Of a stretch of DNA of 64,000 nt, positions 29,200 through 38,944 are shown in pieces. How positions within the stretch are numbered: position 1 is the stretch's first letter; every line of letters begins with the position of its first letter. The DNA is from Candidatus Poribacteria bacterium. Its GTDB lineage: Bacteria; Poribacteria; WGA-4E; WGA-3G. The position numbers and the translations under genes are program-made. Location of the stretch: positions 4,448,001-4,512,000 of the forward strand of contig OZ242029.1 in NCBI GenBank assembly GCA_965205015.1. Direction: 5' to 3'. The notes beneath the pieces are model-generated. The model did no database searches, was not told the DNA's origin, and was given only the letters and a program-made list of their open reading frames with translations.

Positions 29200-31410
29200 C
29201 TATATTGCCCCCGTCATTTTTCTCGCAATCCAGAACACCCCAAGAAGTAGGATGAGCAGTCCCGCCCAAAGGGGGTGTGCCCAGATCCGTGTGCGATGCA
29301 CCGTCGGCTCAGGCTCCGGTAAGGCTGCGAGCTCATCCAACAGACTTCGCACCTCAGAAATCGGTACTAACTTGCCATTTGTAATCTTGGCGATTTCGTC
29401 TAAAACCTCAAAACGCGCCAAACGTCCTTGTTGTTCCCGATTTAAACCTTGGACTGACAGATCGGTCTGTACTGAAGCACCAGTTTCAGTGCTACTCGCA
29501 ACGAGTTTATAATTGCCAGATTCTTTTGGCACAAACGCCCCCGTGAACAACCCGATCGCATCTCCTTCACCCGGTTGCAACTGAATGGTTTGTGTTTTAC
29601 CTGACGGCGAAATCGCCTGCACAACAACCGAGCCTTTATCCAACGGAGCCCCCAACGGATCGTTCACGTTGGCGTTTAACGTTACTGCATCATCGACGTG
29701 GGGTCGATCTGGCGAATAAAACAATCGCATCGACTCGCCTTGTGCCATCTGCCGACGATACGCCATCCACCGAGCAACTTGGCTCCAGAAGCGGTAGTGG
29801 TACTTATCCTCAACACCTTGTCGCCAACGCCATGCGCTATCCGTTCCCATAAATAACACTTTACCCGCCCCATACGTTTTGGTCACAATAAGCGGCACCC
29901 GTCCGGAAGCCGTCGCCACTTCGTCGTGCACGGCTAAAGTCTCTGTCCCCGCCTTGGCACGTTTGACCCCAGTATACCAGTAGAAGCCCGGCAACGTGCG
30001 CCACACCTGCTGGTTGATCTCCTCCGTCTCCCCGAGTCGAGTTAATAAACTACGTTGTCCCAGCTGCGTGAGCGCGAAATATCCCTGCGTTCCCGATCCA
30101 ACACCATACGAGGTTGCAGCGTCCAAAACTACGGGATAGAGGTCCGCAAGCGGCCCCGACATCAAAGACGCATGCATCCCCGTCCGCCCCGGCATAAAGA
30201 CGAGTCCGGACGCCTGAGCACTGACAAGTTGCCGTAAGTCTCGTGTCTGCTCGAGTGTTAACTGTTTCTCTCCGATACCGACATCACCCAAGAACACCAC
30301 GTCGTAGCGACTCAGTTCGTTCGTCGTAGGGAAGCTTTTAATGTAACTACGCCCTCCGCCGACTTTGGGCAATTTGGGATGAAAAAGTAGGCATGTTAAT
30401 TCGACCCCTGGATCCCGTTCTAACGCGTTGCGGAGATAGCGGTACTCCCACCGTGGATAGGATTCGACAACAAGGACTTTCAATTGTTCCTTGCGCACCG
30501 ATATCGGAATCTCAGAAATCTCATTGTTTTCCGGGATTAACTCCTGTGTATCCAGCGGGATACGCATTGTCAGTGTGTAATCACCGGGTGTCGGTGGTGT
30601 CCAGATCATGTTCTCTTGTGCTTGGCTCATCGCGGGAACACGGATAAGTTTGCTAATCGCCGGTTTTTCGTTGATACTGAGCGTAACATTTACATCCCGG
30701 TCCTGACCCAAAGTACTGCGAACAACAAAGGGAATACGCAGCTGCTTGTTCAAAACTGCAAAAGTCGGAGCATCCATACTCACCAACTCGAGATCAGGTA
30801 ATGGCACTTTACTGCCCACTCCAACAGCAAAAACGGGAATTCCTCTCATCCGAAATCGTGTCGCCGCTTCAACAGGGGAGTTCCCGATATTCCAATCACC
30901 GTCCGACAATAGCACGACACCGCGAAGGTTTGCATGCGTGTCCAAAACCTGTGATAAGCCAGCATTCAAATCCGTAGCTTCCTCCGCTGGATCTAACTGT
31001 GAAGAGAACGGTTCAAAAACGACACTAAGATCGTTAGCATTCGGAGGTTTCCAAATCTCCTCAGATATCAGCGGTTGAATCGTCTCGGCACGGCTCTTCG
31101 GCCTGTTCGAGAGGTCTGGCCCCTCAACTACATCCCGCGTTTTCATGCTGTTAGATGTGTCCCAAAGCACGGCGAGCGTGGAACGTCGATCTGGTAATTG
31201 TGTTTGCAACCATTCAGGCTGGTTCAAGGTTACAACGACCAAGCAAATCAACACAAAGCGCAGCAACTCAAGCACTGCTGTCTTTATACTATAGCCGCTC
31301 CGATGCCATGCCAGCCAGCACAATACACCTGCTACAATTATAACAACCAAACTCAAACCCAAGAAGGTTCCGCTTGAGAAAAATTCAAGGCTTCCCTGCT
31401 GTTCCTGCAT
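29200..31410 (-). CDS. Membrane protein with vWA and glutamine-amidotransferase-like domains
   Basis: MIDAS DTSNS and LLSDG; PRWEYRYLRNAL; YGAGKVLFMGTDSAWRWR; terminal TM segments. Confidence 0.8.
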   Translation of the reverse strand: MQEQQGSLEFFSSGTFLGLSLVVIIVAGVLCWLAWHRSGYSIKTAVLELLRFVLICLVVVTLNQPEWLQTQLPDRRSTLAVLWDTSNSMKTRDVVEGPDLSNRPKSRAETIQPLISEEIWKPPNANDLSVVFEPFSSQLDPAEEATDLNAGLSQVLDTHANLRGVVLLSDGDWNIGNSPVEAATRFRMRGIPVFAVGVGSKVPLPDLELVSMDAPTFAVLNKQLRIPFVVRSTLGQDRDVNVTLSINEKPAISKLIRVPAMSQAQENMIWTPPTPGDYTLTMRIPLDTQELIPENNEISEIPISVRKEQLKVLVVESYPRWEYRYLRNALERDPGVELTCLLFHPKLPKVGGGRSYIKSFPTTNELSRYDVVFLGDVGIGEKQLTLEQTRDLRQLVSAQASGLVFMPGRTGMHASLMSGPLADLYPVVLDAATSYGVGSGTQGYFALTQLGQRSLLTRLGETEEINQQVWRTLPGFYWYTGVKRAKAGTETLAVHDEVATASGRVPLIVTKTYGAGKVLFMGTDSAWRWRQGVEDKYHYRFWSQVARWMAYRRQMAQGESMRLFYSPDRPHVDDAVTLNANVNDPLGAPLDKGSVVVQAISPSGKTQTIQLQPGEGDAIGLFTGAFVPKESGNYKLVASSTETGASVQTDLSVQGLNREQQGRLARFEVLDEIAKITNGKLVPISEVRSLLDELAALPEPEPTVHRTRIWAHPLWAGLLILLLGVFWIARKMTGAI

Positions 31411-31438
31411 TTTTTAAATTATGGCCTCAGTTAATAGT

Positions 31439-33484
31439 TTAAAAATCGATTGAAGGCGTGGTTCTGACTCTCTTACTGGGTAAACTCAGTGCCGCCTCTG
31501 CAAGCAGTGCGACTATCATTGCGATGAGAAAGATGCGCCACAATTCACTCGCTAAGGCAGATGTGTCGCCAACATCAACATCAATCCGCCGATACGACAT
31601 TCCATCAAAGAGTGCATCCACCGTTTCGACAGGAACCGCCGTAGCCGTGTCTTCAATTTGGCTACGGTTCACAGCCGTCCAATACGCTTCTTCGCGGTAT
31701 ACGCCAGCGTGTAGCCCGCGTTGTGAGGATAAATACAGCGGCGCGTCGGAATTGTCCGCAGGCGCCACTAACTCCCAGTCGTTCCGGTCTGCCAACACGC
31801 CAGGACCCGCGTCGCGTTGAGATGCTACAGCTAACGCCCGGCAGCCTTGATCCAACGCCCGCTGTAAAATCACGTAAAAGATGACACCTTCGCGTTCGAG
31901 AGAGGAAAATTGTGCCGTAGGGAGCGTGCTACAGAAATATACCGCGCCACGATCAGTCGCGACACGTGTCAACAGAGGAGCATCGTCATCATACCTCGCC
32001 AACGGTGTCCCAGGACTTTCAAAAGAGCGATATCGATAAGTGCGTAGTTCGTTGAGTGGCAACGCGTCTCCGCTCTCTACGTGCGCCAGCAGATCTGCAT
32101 CGCCACGCCACCATCCGGTGCTGAAAACCTGTTGACTTCCGGGAGTTTGCCAGTTCCCCCAATGTGAGCCAAATAGTAGGGGCTGTCCTTTCTCATCTGC
32201 GTTCTGACTCGGTGGGAAGAACATAACCACGCGCCCTGTGTCAACGAATTGTGCAATCTGTTCTGCTACTGCTCCGCGCGGTAGTGCCGCTTGCCAGATG
32301 AATAGTCCTATGTTTTCCCAATCAATTTCTGCGACGCGATCCACGGACATCACATCAACTCGATGCTGGAGCCGAGGGTCTATCGGAATAGCAAGTGCCC
32401 GACGGAAGGCTTCACCATTCTTTACATCATCACTAACAACAACAGCTCTTCGCTCCGTCGGTTCTGAGAACACAAAGAAAAACCGATTGTCTAAGGGATT
32501 CGCATCACCCGGCAACCCAACCGACCCCCAACCTGAACGTAATTTGGTATCAATCGGAATCCGGTGTCCTTTCAGGGAGGCACCCTGTCTGTCAAGCGCC
32601 ACTTCAACGACAGACCGAACGTTGTTGACCTCAAACTCAATCGGAATCTCTTGACGCGTTGTGTGTACGGGCGGAGTTACCTCGCCCCTACCCCCCTTTG
32701 ACCGGACTCTCACATCAAGGACGAGCTCCGCATTGTTCCCACGTTCCCACCGTTGGACGTTTTCTACCCTTACCGACAAATTGTTTGAAGGTAAATCTGC
32801 GTATGCAAGCAAGAAATGGTGTACACCCTCTAACTGCGTAAACTCCTCGCGTATCGCCTGCCAACGTCCGCTTTCAACATCCCAATCGTTCTCGCTCAGG
32901 TCGGAACAGATCCACACGTCAACTCGTCCCGATTTATTCGCTTTGAGATATGCCAAGGCGGACGCAAGCATCCCCGGAATATCCGCACTGGTGGCACTCG
33001 ACTCGGTTATAGGTAGATCCAATAGTGCTTTCGGTGAATCGACCTCCTGTAGTTGACCGCTCGCACTATCAATCAGGACCAAATGTGTCCCGTAATCCCC
33101 CTGTTCCAACAATTCCGCGAGTTTTCGCAGTGCCGCGGATCTTTTCGACTGTCCGGCTTGTAAGTCTTGAATTTCCATGCTCGCAGAGCGGTCGAGAAGT
33201 ATCAAGGTGGCATCCGGTTTACTCATTCCGATACTACCCAACCATCCACCAGATAAGGGACGACTGACGACAAAAACCAGAGCTGCGACTGCAAGCACAC
33301 GCATTAATAGGATAAGGAAATGCCGAAGACGTGCCATGCCCCTGCTCATCCGCTTCGCACGCATGAGAAACATCATCGCTGCCCAAGGGATCGTACGGTG
33401 CCGATGCTGATTGATGAGGTGGATAAGGATCGGTAACGCGATTAAAGGGAGGGCAATTAATGCCAACGGTTGTAGAAAACCCAT
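31439..33484 (-). CDS. BatA-domain/vWA membrane protein
   Basis: N-terminal LPILIHLI...IPWAAMMFL...LLMRVLAV...RP; LLDRSASM; C-terminal TM. Confidence 0.85.
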   Translation of the reverse strand: MGFLQPLALIALPLIALPILIHLINQHRHRTIPWAAMMFLMRAKRMSRGMARLRHFLILLMRVLAVAALVFVVSRPLSGGWLGSIGMSKPDATLILLDRSASMEIQDLQAGQSKRSAALRKLAELLEQGDYGTHLVLIDSASGQLQEVDSPKALLDLPITESSATSADIPGMLASALAYLKANKSGRVDVWICSDLSENDWDVESGRWQAIREEFTQLEGVHHFLLAYADLPSNNLSVRVENVQRWERGNNAELVLDVRVRSKGGRGEVTPPVHTTRQEIPIEFEVNNVRSVVEVALDRQGASLKGHRIPIDTKLRSGWGSVGLPGDANPLDNRFFFVFSEPTERRAVVVSDDVKNGEAFRRALAIPIDPRLQHRVDVMSVDRVAEIDWENIGLFIWQAALPRGAVAEQIAQFVDTGRVVMFFPPSQNADEKGQPLLFGSHWGNWQTPGSQQVFSTGWWRGDADLLAHVESGDALPLNELRTYRYRSFESPGTPLARYDDDAPLLTRVATDRGAVYFCSTLPTAQFSSLEREGVIFYVILQRALDQGCRALAVASQRDAGPGVLADRNDWELVAPADNSDAPLYLSSQRGLHAGVYREEAYWTAVNRSQIEDTATAVPVETVDALFDGMSYRRIDVDVGDTSALASELWRIFLIAMIVALLAEAALSLPSKRVRTTPSIDF

Positions 33485-33500
33485 CCATCAAATCCTTTTG

Positions 33501-33671
33501 AATAGTTTTCAGTTTTCAGTTTTCAGTAAAGTTAAATCATGAGATTTTTTCCAAACCTGCAATTTCTTGAAATCCTGCATCTATATTCCTGAATAATTTT
33601 CAAATACCAGAGCAGTCGGGGGCGGGTAAAAAAGATTTCTTCTAAACCAAAACTTCTTAACTGACAACTAA
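33501..33671 (+). repeat. Heptamer-flanked miniature repeat element
   Basis: AATAG(TTTTCAG)3 ... AAACTTCTTAACTGACAACT, intergenic within the operon. Confidence 0.55.
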
Positions 33672-33674
33672 TCC

Positions 33675-34577
33675 TCATTTATGCCGCTTGGGTGTCCGTC
33701 CCAACAGGAATCGCGCCAATACATCGTCGTAGTTTTCATCGATGCAGATACGGTGATAATCAACTTCAGTCTCCTGAATGACTGTATTCATACTTTCAAG
33801 ATACGTTTCAAGGGCACGTTGGTATTGCACGCCGATGACGGTTGGATCCGCCAATATAGGTTCGCCGCCCTCCATGTCAACGAAACGCATTGGACGATCA
33901 AATTCCAACGCCAACTCGCGCTGCTCCAACAGATGAAACACCGCGACATCGTGCTTACGGAATCGCAAATGCTCAAGACAGGTCCGAACGATTTCCGGTT
34001 CGATGAACAGATCGGAAAGAACGACGATGAGTGCTCTTTGGGGGACGCGTTCAGCGGTTTCGTGGAGAATGTTTGCCAATCCCGTCTCGCCAGATGCTTC
34101 CATCGCACCCAATTCATCGAGAACTGCACTCAGATGGGTGGCGCTACGTTTCGGTGGGATCTCTTTGTGGAACCCTGTGCCTGCACAGTAGAGACCGACA
34201 GCATCCCCTTGCTGCGCGGCGATATAGGCTAAAGTTCCAGCGATACGACGGGCATAGTCGAGTTTACTCGTTCCGTTATACGCGAAATTCATGGAGCCGC
34301 TGGTATCAACGACTAAACACATCCGTAAATTGGTATCAGCCTCAAACTCTTTGATGTAGTATCGATCATTCCGTGCGTAAGCCCGCCAGTCAAGTCTCCG
34401 AGGGTCATCGCCCGGCACGTACTTGCGGTACTCCGCAAACTCAAGGCTCGAACCACGAATCGGACTCCGATGTTTGCCTGATACGCTTCCGATCATAGGC
34501 AACCGAGCGTGCAGTTGCAGCGTCGAAAGCCGTTCGAGCACCTTCTGATCCAGGTAATCTCGTTTGAGTTGCAACAT
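33675..34577 (-). CDS. DUF58 domain protein
   Basis: GKHRSPIRGSSLEFAEYRKYVPGDDPRRLDWRAYAR; VDTSGSM. Confidence 0.95.
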   Translation of the reverse strand: MLQLKRDYLDQKVLERLSTLQLHARLPMIGSVSGKHRSPIRGSSLEFAEYRKYVPGDDPRRLDWRAYARNDRYYIKEFEADTNLRMCLVVDTSGSMNFAYNGTSKLDYARRIAGTLAYIAAQQGDAVGLYCAGTGFHKEIPPKRSATHLSAVLDELGAMEASGETGLANILHETAERVPQRALIVVLSDLFIEPEIVRTCLEHLRFRKHDVAVFHLLEQRELALEFDRPMRFVDMEGGEPILADPTVIGVQYQRALETYLESMNTVIQETEVDYHRICIDENYDDVLARFLLGRTPKRHK

Positions 34578-34580
34578 ACC

Positions 34581-35597
34581 TTAATTCCCTTCAGACAACT
34601 CCTCAACGAGTCGATTGACGATGTCTTTACTGGAGATATTCTCGGACTCGGCAGCGAAGGAGGTGATAACACGGTGCGCCAAGACCGGATTCGCCACCGC
34701 AACGACATCTTCCAGTCTTGCCATGTAGCTGCCACTGAGTGCCGCACGGGCTTTCGCGCCGAGAATTAGGTATTGAACCGCCCGCGGACCAGCCCCCCAA
34801 GCAACCAGAGGCTTCAACCAGTCAGGTGCTGCATCGCCGCTTGGACGCGTGCTTCGGGCGAGATCTACGGCGAATTCGTAGATGTGTTCAGCGACTGGAA
34901 CGCGACGCACGAGGTCTTGAAACGCTCGCACCCGCTCACCCGTCAGCACATGCTCCAGCGTTGGGAGAGATGCACCCGTCGTCGTGCGGGCAATCTCAAT
35001 CTCCTCAAGCCGTGCCGGATAGTCCACCTCGATTCTGAACATGAATCGGTCTAATTGCGCTTCCGGTAACGGGTAGGTGCCTTCTTGTTCAATTGGGTTT
35101 TGCGTCGCTAAGACAAAGAAAGGGAGATCCAGAGTGTATGTTCTGCCGATGACAGTGATTTTGTATTCCTGCATCGCCTCAAGCATAGCCGCTTGGGTCT
35201 TTGAAGGTGCACGATTAATCTCATCCGCCAAAATAAGGTTCGCAAAGAGGGGACCCTTTACGAACTCGAACTCCCGTCTACCGCCTGGGATTTCCTGAAG
35301 GATGTCGGTCCCAGTGATATCCATCGGCATGAGATCAGGCGTAAACTGGATTCGACTGAATCCCAACGCCATCGTCTCAGCAAATCGACTGACCAACAAC
35401 GTTTTCGCCAAACCGGGAACCCCCATCAACAGCGCGTGCCCTTGCGAAAATAGACATATCGCCAAGTGTTCGATGACCTGCTCCTGACCGATGATGATCC
35501 TCGCCAGCGAGGTCTTTAATTGCTCGTAAACGTTTCGGAGTTCGTCAATTGCGGCAACGTCGTCGGCGTGCATTCCGTCGTTATTTGCGGTCGTCAT
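34581..35597 (-). CDS. moxR: MoxR family AAA+ ATPase
   Basis: Walker A GVPGLAKT; RIQFTPDLMP; Walker B LADEINRA; ATQNPIEQEGTYPLPEAQLDRF. Confidence 0.95.
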   Translation of the reverse strand: MTTANNDGMHADDVAAIDELRNVYEQLKTSLARIIIGQEQVIEHLAICLFSQGHALLMGVPGLAKTLLVSRFAETMALGFSRIQFTPDLMPMDITGTDILQEIPGGRREFEFVKGPLFANLILADEINRAPSKTQAAMLEAMQEYKITVIGRTYTLDLPFFVLATQNPIEQEGTYPLPEAQLDRFMFRIEVDYPARLEEIEIARTTTGASLPTLEHVLTGERVRAFQDLVRRVPVAEHIYEFAVDLARSTRPSGDAAPDWLKPLVAWGAGPRAVQYLILGAKARAALSGSYMARLEDVVAVANPVLAHRVITSFAAESENISSKDIVNRLVEELSEGN

Positions 35598-35660
35598 AAT
35601 ATTCCTTTTTTATTCGTTAACTGATAACTTCGATTTAAACGTGATATGTGATCCCATTCA

Positions 35661-35704
35661 ATTGTTAGTGACGCATCTTTGCAGCGGAAATGGTGCATAA
35701 TTTT
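35661..35704 (-). promoter_or_regulatory. Putative ECF-type promoter (proximal) of the MoxR operon
   Basis: AAAATTATGCACC-N18-CGTCACTAACAAT on the minus strand. Confidence 0.5.
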
Positions 35705-35798
35705 AGAAAGAATCAAAAAACTGCCTATATACAAACGCAAAGATACAAGGAATTTTCTATTTATTGCAATTTGCATCTGTTTAATCCGAAGTCCCGTT

Positions 35799-35836
35799 AA
35801 TTATTAGTGACACACTTTTAGGGTGGAAAGGTTGCA
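35799..35836 (-). promoter_or_regulatory. Putative ECF-type promoter (distal) of the MoxR operon
   Basis: TGCAAC-N18-TGTCACTAATAATT on the minus strand. Confidence 0.45.
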
Positions 35837-35984
35837 GAATCTCAGAAAAATCACCACAGCCTCCTGAGATTTAACCTAAAAAACCGAATATCAATACCCT
35901 ACCCGAAGCTTTCTTTAGGCAATCAGTAGTTCTGGCGGTAATTTTTAACCGAGTCCTATTCTTCCCCACCCTACCGCAACAAGG

Positions 35985-36000
35985 AGCAAATTCTGTGCCA
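35985..36000 (-). promoter_or_regulatory. Sigma54 -24/-12 promoter
   Basis: TGGCAC-AGAAT-TTGCT matches TGGCAC-N5-TTGC(A/T) exactly; intergenic. Confidence 0.65.
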
Positions 36001-36208
36001 ATCTGAGTACCACCATATTGGCGGTACTCTTTGCGAAATGCTGGTAAGAACTGCCCAAAATAGAACATACGCTACATCCAGTTGCACAAAACAGGGCAGA
36101 TTTAACCCGTCAGATTCCTTTGGGCAGTTCCCCTGAATCCTTAAAACGAATCCACGTCAATCGCGTTTACAAAGTACATCTATCTTGTAAATCACCGTAG
36201 CGGTTGTG

Positions 36209-37669
36209 CTAATGCGAAGCGACACGCGGTATCATCTGAGGGTGCGCATAAACGGCTGCGTCAAAACTTTTCTGCATCAGTTCCCATTTGATAGCCTGAT
36301 AATCGGTGTGATCTGAAAGATCGTTGTGTTCCCAAGGGTCATTGTCGAGGTCATAAAGTTCGCAAAGCCCCTTCTTATGATAGGTTACGAGTTTCCAGCG
36401 TCGGTCCCGATACATCGTGGCGTGGGTCCGGTCGGGCATTGAGATAGCATCGAAAAATTCACAACGAACCGCCTCTCGATGCTCGTTGGCGGGAACATCA
36501 CCGCGCAACAGCGGGGCAAGGGATTTACCTTGGACGTAGTAGGGAATGTCCACACCCAACGCATCATATAACATAGGAACGATATCGGTCAGTTCAACGA
36601 GGGCATCACTCTGAACGTCTTGCAAGAACTGCGATGGCCACGAAATCATGAGCGGCACTCGCACCGATCCCTCGTAAAAACGACACCCTTTGAATGCCAG
36701 CCCGTGGTCGCCGAGTGCCTCTCCGTGGTCGGAAGTAAAGATAACAATTGTATCTTCACGAAGTCCCTCAGCCTCAAGATGGTCGAGGATACGTCCGAAC
36801 TCATGGTCGAGTTGTTCAACCATGGCGTAATAAGATGCCTGCATCCGCTTGTCGTCCCATTCCGAAGGCGGTTTCGCCTGAGATTGAAAGTCGATACCGG
36901 CATCTGTCAATTTTGACTGAAAGGCAATATCGCTCTCCTGAAAGTGTGGACCGGGGAGTGTTTCCGGATCGTACCGTCGATAGTATTCCCAAGGCGCATC
37001 AAACGGCGGATGTGGGTCAAACGGATTGATACTCAGCATCCACGGCTGATTCTCTCGACGATTTTTCCCGATAAATTCGATTGTTTTTTCGGTGCACCAA
37101 TAGGTCTGATGCAGGTGTGGCGGGACATTGTCGAGATCGGGCGTCGGTTCTGGCACGCGTCCCCGCCTGTTCGGATACTTTTGGGAGAGTGCCTTTCCCG
37201 CTATCAACGCCTCCGGATCAACCCCTTGCGCGCGTTGCCAATCCGCGTATTCATGTCCGAGGGCGTTCGGCTTGCCGTGGTCGTGGCTATATTGGAAGTA
37301 GCGATAGCCGTCATCCACGCGATGTTCTTGGGCCTCAAAAGCACTCGCGAGATGGAGTTTACCGATTAATCCACAGTCGTAGCCATCTTGTGCCAACGCA
37401 TGGGTAATCAATCTATCTTCATAATATTCGGGGAAAACCGGGTTGCCGTTGCCAGTGACGCTCACGGCTGAAGGATACATACCCGTCATAAAACTCGCAC
37501 GAGACGGTGTGCAGATCGGAGATTGGCAATAGGCGTGGGTGAATGTGACTGACTGACGCATAAATTCGTCGAGTCTCGGTGTGTTGATGTGCGAATTTCC
37601 CAACGCTCCGATGGTATCAAAACGTTGTTGGTCTGTGCAGTACCATAAAATATTTGGACGTTTTTCCAT
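36209..37669 (-). CDS. Sulfatase (S1, Cys-type)
   Basis: RPNILWYCTDQQR; CTPSRASFMTG (CxPxR); GKLH; FTSDHG; KG. Confidence 0.95.
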   Translation of the reverse strand: MEKRPNILWYCTDQQRFDTIGALGNSHINTPRLDEFMRQSVTFTHAYCQSPICTPSRASFMTGMYPSAVSVTGNGNPVFPEYYEDRLITHALAQDGYDCGLIGKLHLASAFEAQEHRVDDGYRYFQYSHDHGKPNALGHEYADWQRAQGVDPEALIAGKALSQKYPNRRGRVPEPTPDLDNVPPHLHQTYWCTEKTIEFIGKNRRENQPWMLSINPFDPHPPFDAPWEYYRRYDPETLPGPHFQESDIAFQSKLTDAGIDFQSQAKPPSEWDDKRMQASYYAMVEQLDHEFGRILDHLEAEGLREDTIVIFTSDHGEALGDHGLAFKGCRFYEGSVRVPLMISWPSQFLQDVQSDALVELTDIVPMLYDALGVDIPYYVQGKSLAPLLRGDVPANEHREAVRCEFFDAISMPDRTHATMYRDRRWKLVTYHKKGLCELYDLDNDPWEHNDLSDHTDYQAIKWELMQKSFDAAVYAHPQMIPRVASH

Positions 37670-37682
37670 TTTTGCTCCTTTT

Positions 37683-38894
37683 TTAGTATTCTACTATTTC
37701 GCTCAGTGCTGCGTCAGTCGTGACGACATGTTTTCCGCCTGAACCCTCTATTCTGGTTATCATCAAGGCTTTAAGTTCTTTCAACTCCAACGGTGTCAGT
37801 TCTTCAACGAGAGGGCTCTCAATGAAGTTCCGATAGGCACGACTGGTGTCCGTTTTCGGCATGATGTACATCGGAATGATGGCTTGTAACATTGCGGCGC
37901 GTTTACGCGCTGTCCGATTGACGCCGGCGCGATGCCAGACCCTCGAATCGTAGAGGATATAACTCCCGCCCGGTGCCTCGACAACATCTGCATCCGGACC
38001 ATTGTAGGGCAACCCATGGGCTGCGCGATAACCCGGCTGTCTATAGATGTGGCCAGGTCCCCATTCGTCCGGTGGACCTTCACCGAGTGTGTGCGATCCG
38101 AGTTTGAAACAGGTTGCCCCATTCTCTTTGCGGAATTCGGAGACACAGAGGTTGCGCTGAACCCCCATAACCAATTCAGGGAAATTGTGGGGCGGTATCT
38201 CTGGACCCGTGCCTCTTGTAGCGAAAATTCCCCAATGGTAAGGGAAATCGGAATGCCACCCTTGCACATCACGTTCGCCATCGTCTGGCGTAAGTATCGC
38301 GAGACCCGGCGGGTGGCCCAACCGAATTTCACTCGTTCGCATATATTGACGCATCACCCACAAGGACACCGGCTCTGTCGCAGCTTGTGCTACGGCAATC
38401 CCCTTAACTAACGCGCCTGTGCTTCGGTCATAGGTTTCGTGGTCCCACCGTCCCGTACAACTAATCCGCTCTAACGCTTCAACGGCATCAGGTGCTATGA
38501 TGGACGGGAGACATACCCAACCGTTTTCCTTGAGCGTTTTTAGATACTCCGATGGAAGATGGGCAGGTCCATGCCCAACGGAAAAGATCGCCCCGTCATC
38601 GCCTGCTATAGTGCCGTCACTGGCAAGCCGATTTCCCTTATGTTGAAGATAACACCCCTTCCCTGCATCCGCAGCCTCCACTTCAAGGACAAGATTGGTG
38701 ACCACATGGCGGTACGCAGTCCCATCATCAATTGATTCCCATATCGCCTTATCATCTACATACGCAAAAACGGCGCATCCATCGTCAGACGCGCCAAGAA
38801 ACTCACCGTTTGGGGCGCGTAACAATGTGAAATGCGCTGACGGACGTGCCACACGAACGACGCGTTCCTGAAAAAGTTCATTCTCGTATGCCAT
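37683..38894 (-). CDS. PhyH-family dioxygenase with N-terminal extra domain
   Basis: LKENGWVCLPSII; GWHSD; ENGATCFKLGSH; WHRAGVN...R. Confidence 0.85.
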   Translation of the reverse strand: MAYENELFQERVVRVARPSAHFTLLRAPNGEFLGASDDGCAVFAYVDDKAIWESIDDGTAYRHVVTNLVLEVEAADAGKGCYLQHKGNRLASDGTIAGDDGAIFSVGHGPAHLPSEYLKTLKENGWVCLPSIIAPDAVEALERISCTGRWDHETYDRSTGALVKGIAVAQAATEPVSLWVMRQYMRTSEIRLGHPPGLAILTPDDGERDVQGWHSDFPYHWGIFATRGTGPEIPPHNFPELVMGVQRNLCVSEFRKENGATCFKLGSHTLGEGPPDEWGPGHIYRQPGYRAAHGLPYNGPDADVVEAPGGSYILYDSRVWHRAGVNRTARKRAAMLQAIIPMYIMPKTDTSRAYRNFIESPLVEELTPLELKELKALMITRIEGSGGKHVVTTDAALSEIVEY

Positions 38895-38944
38895 AAATCT
38901 TCACTCCTTATCTGTTTCCGTATCGGACAGATGCCCCCAACGCG

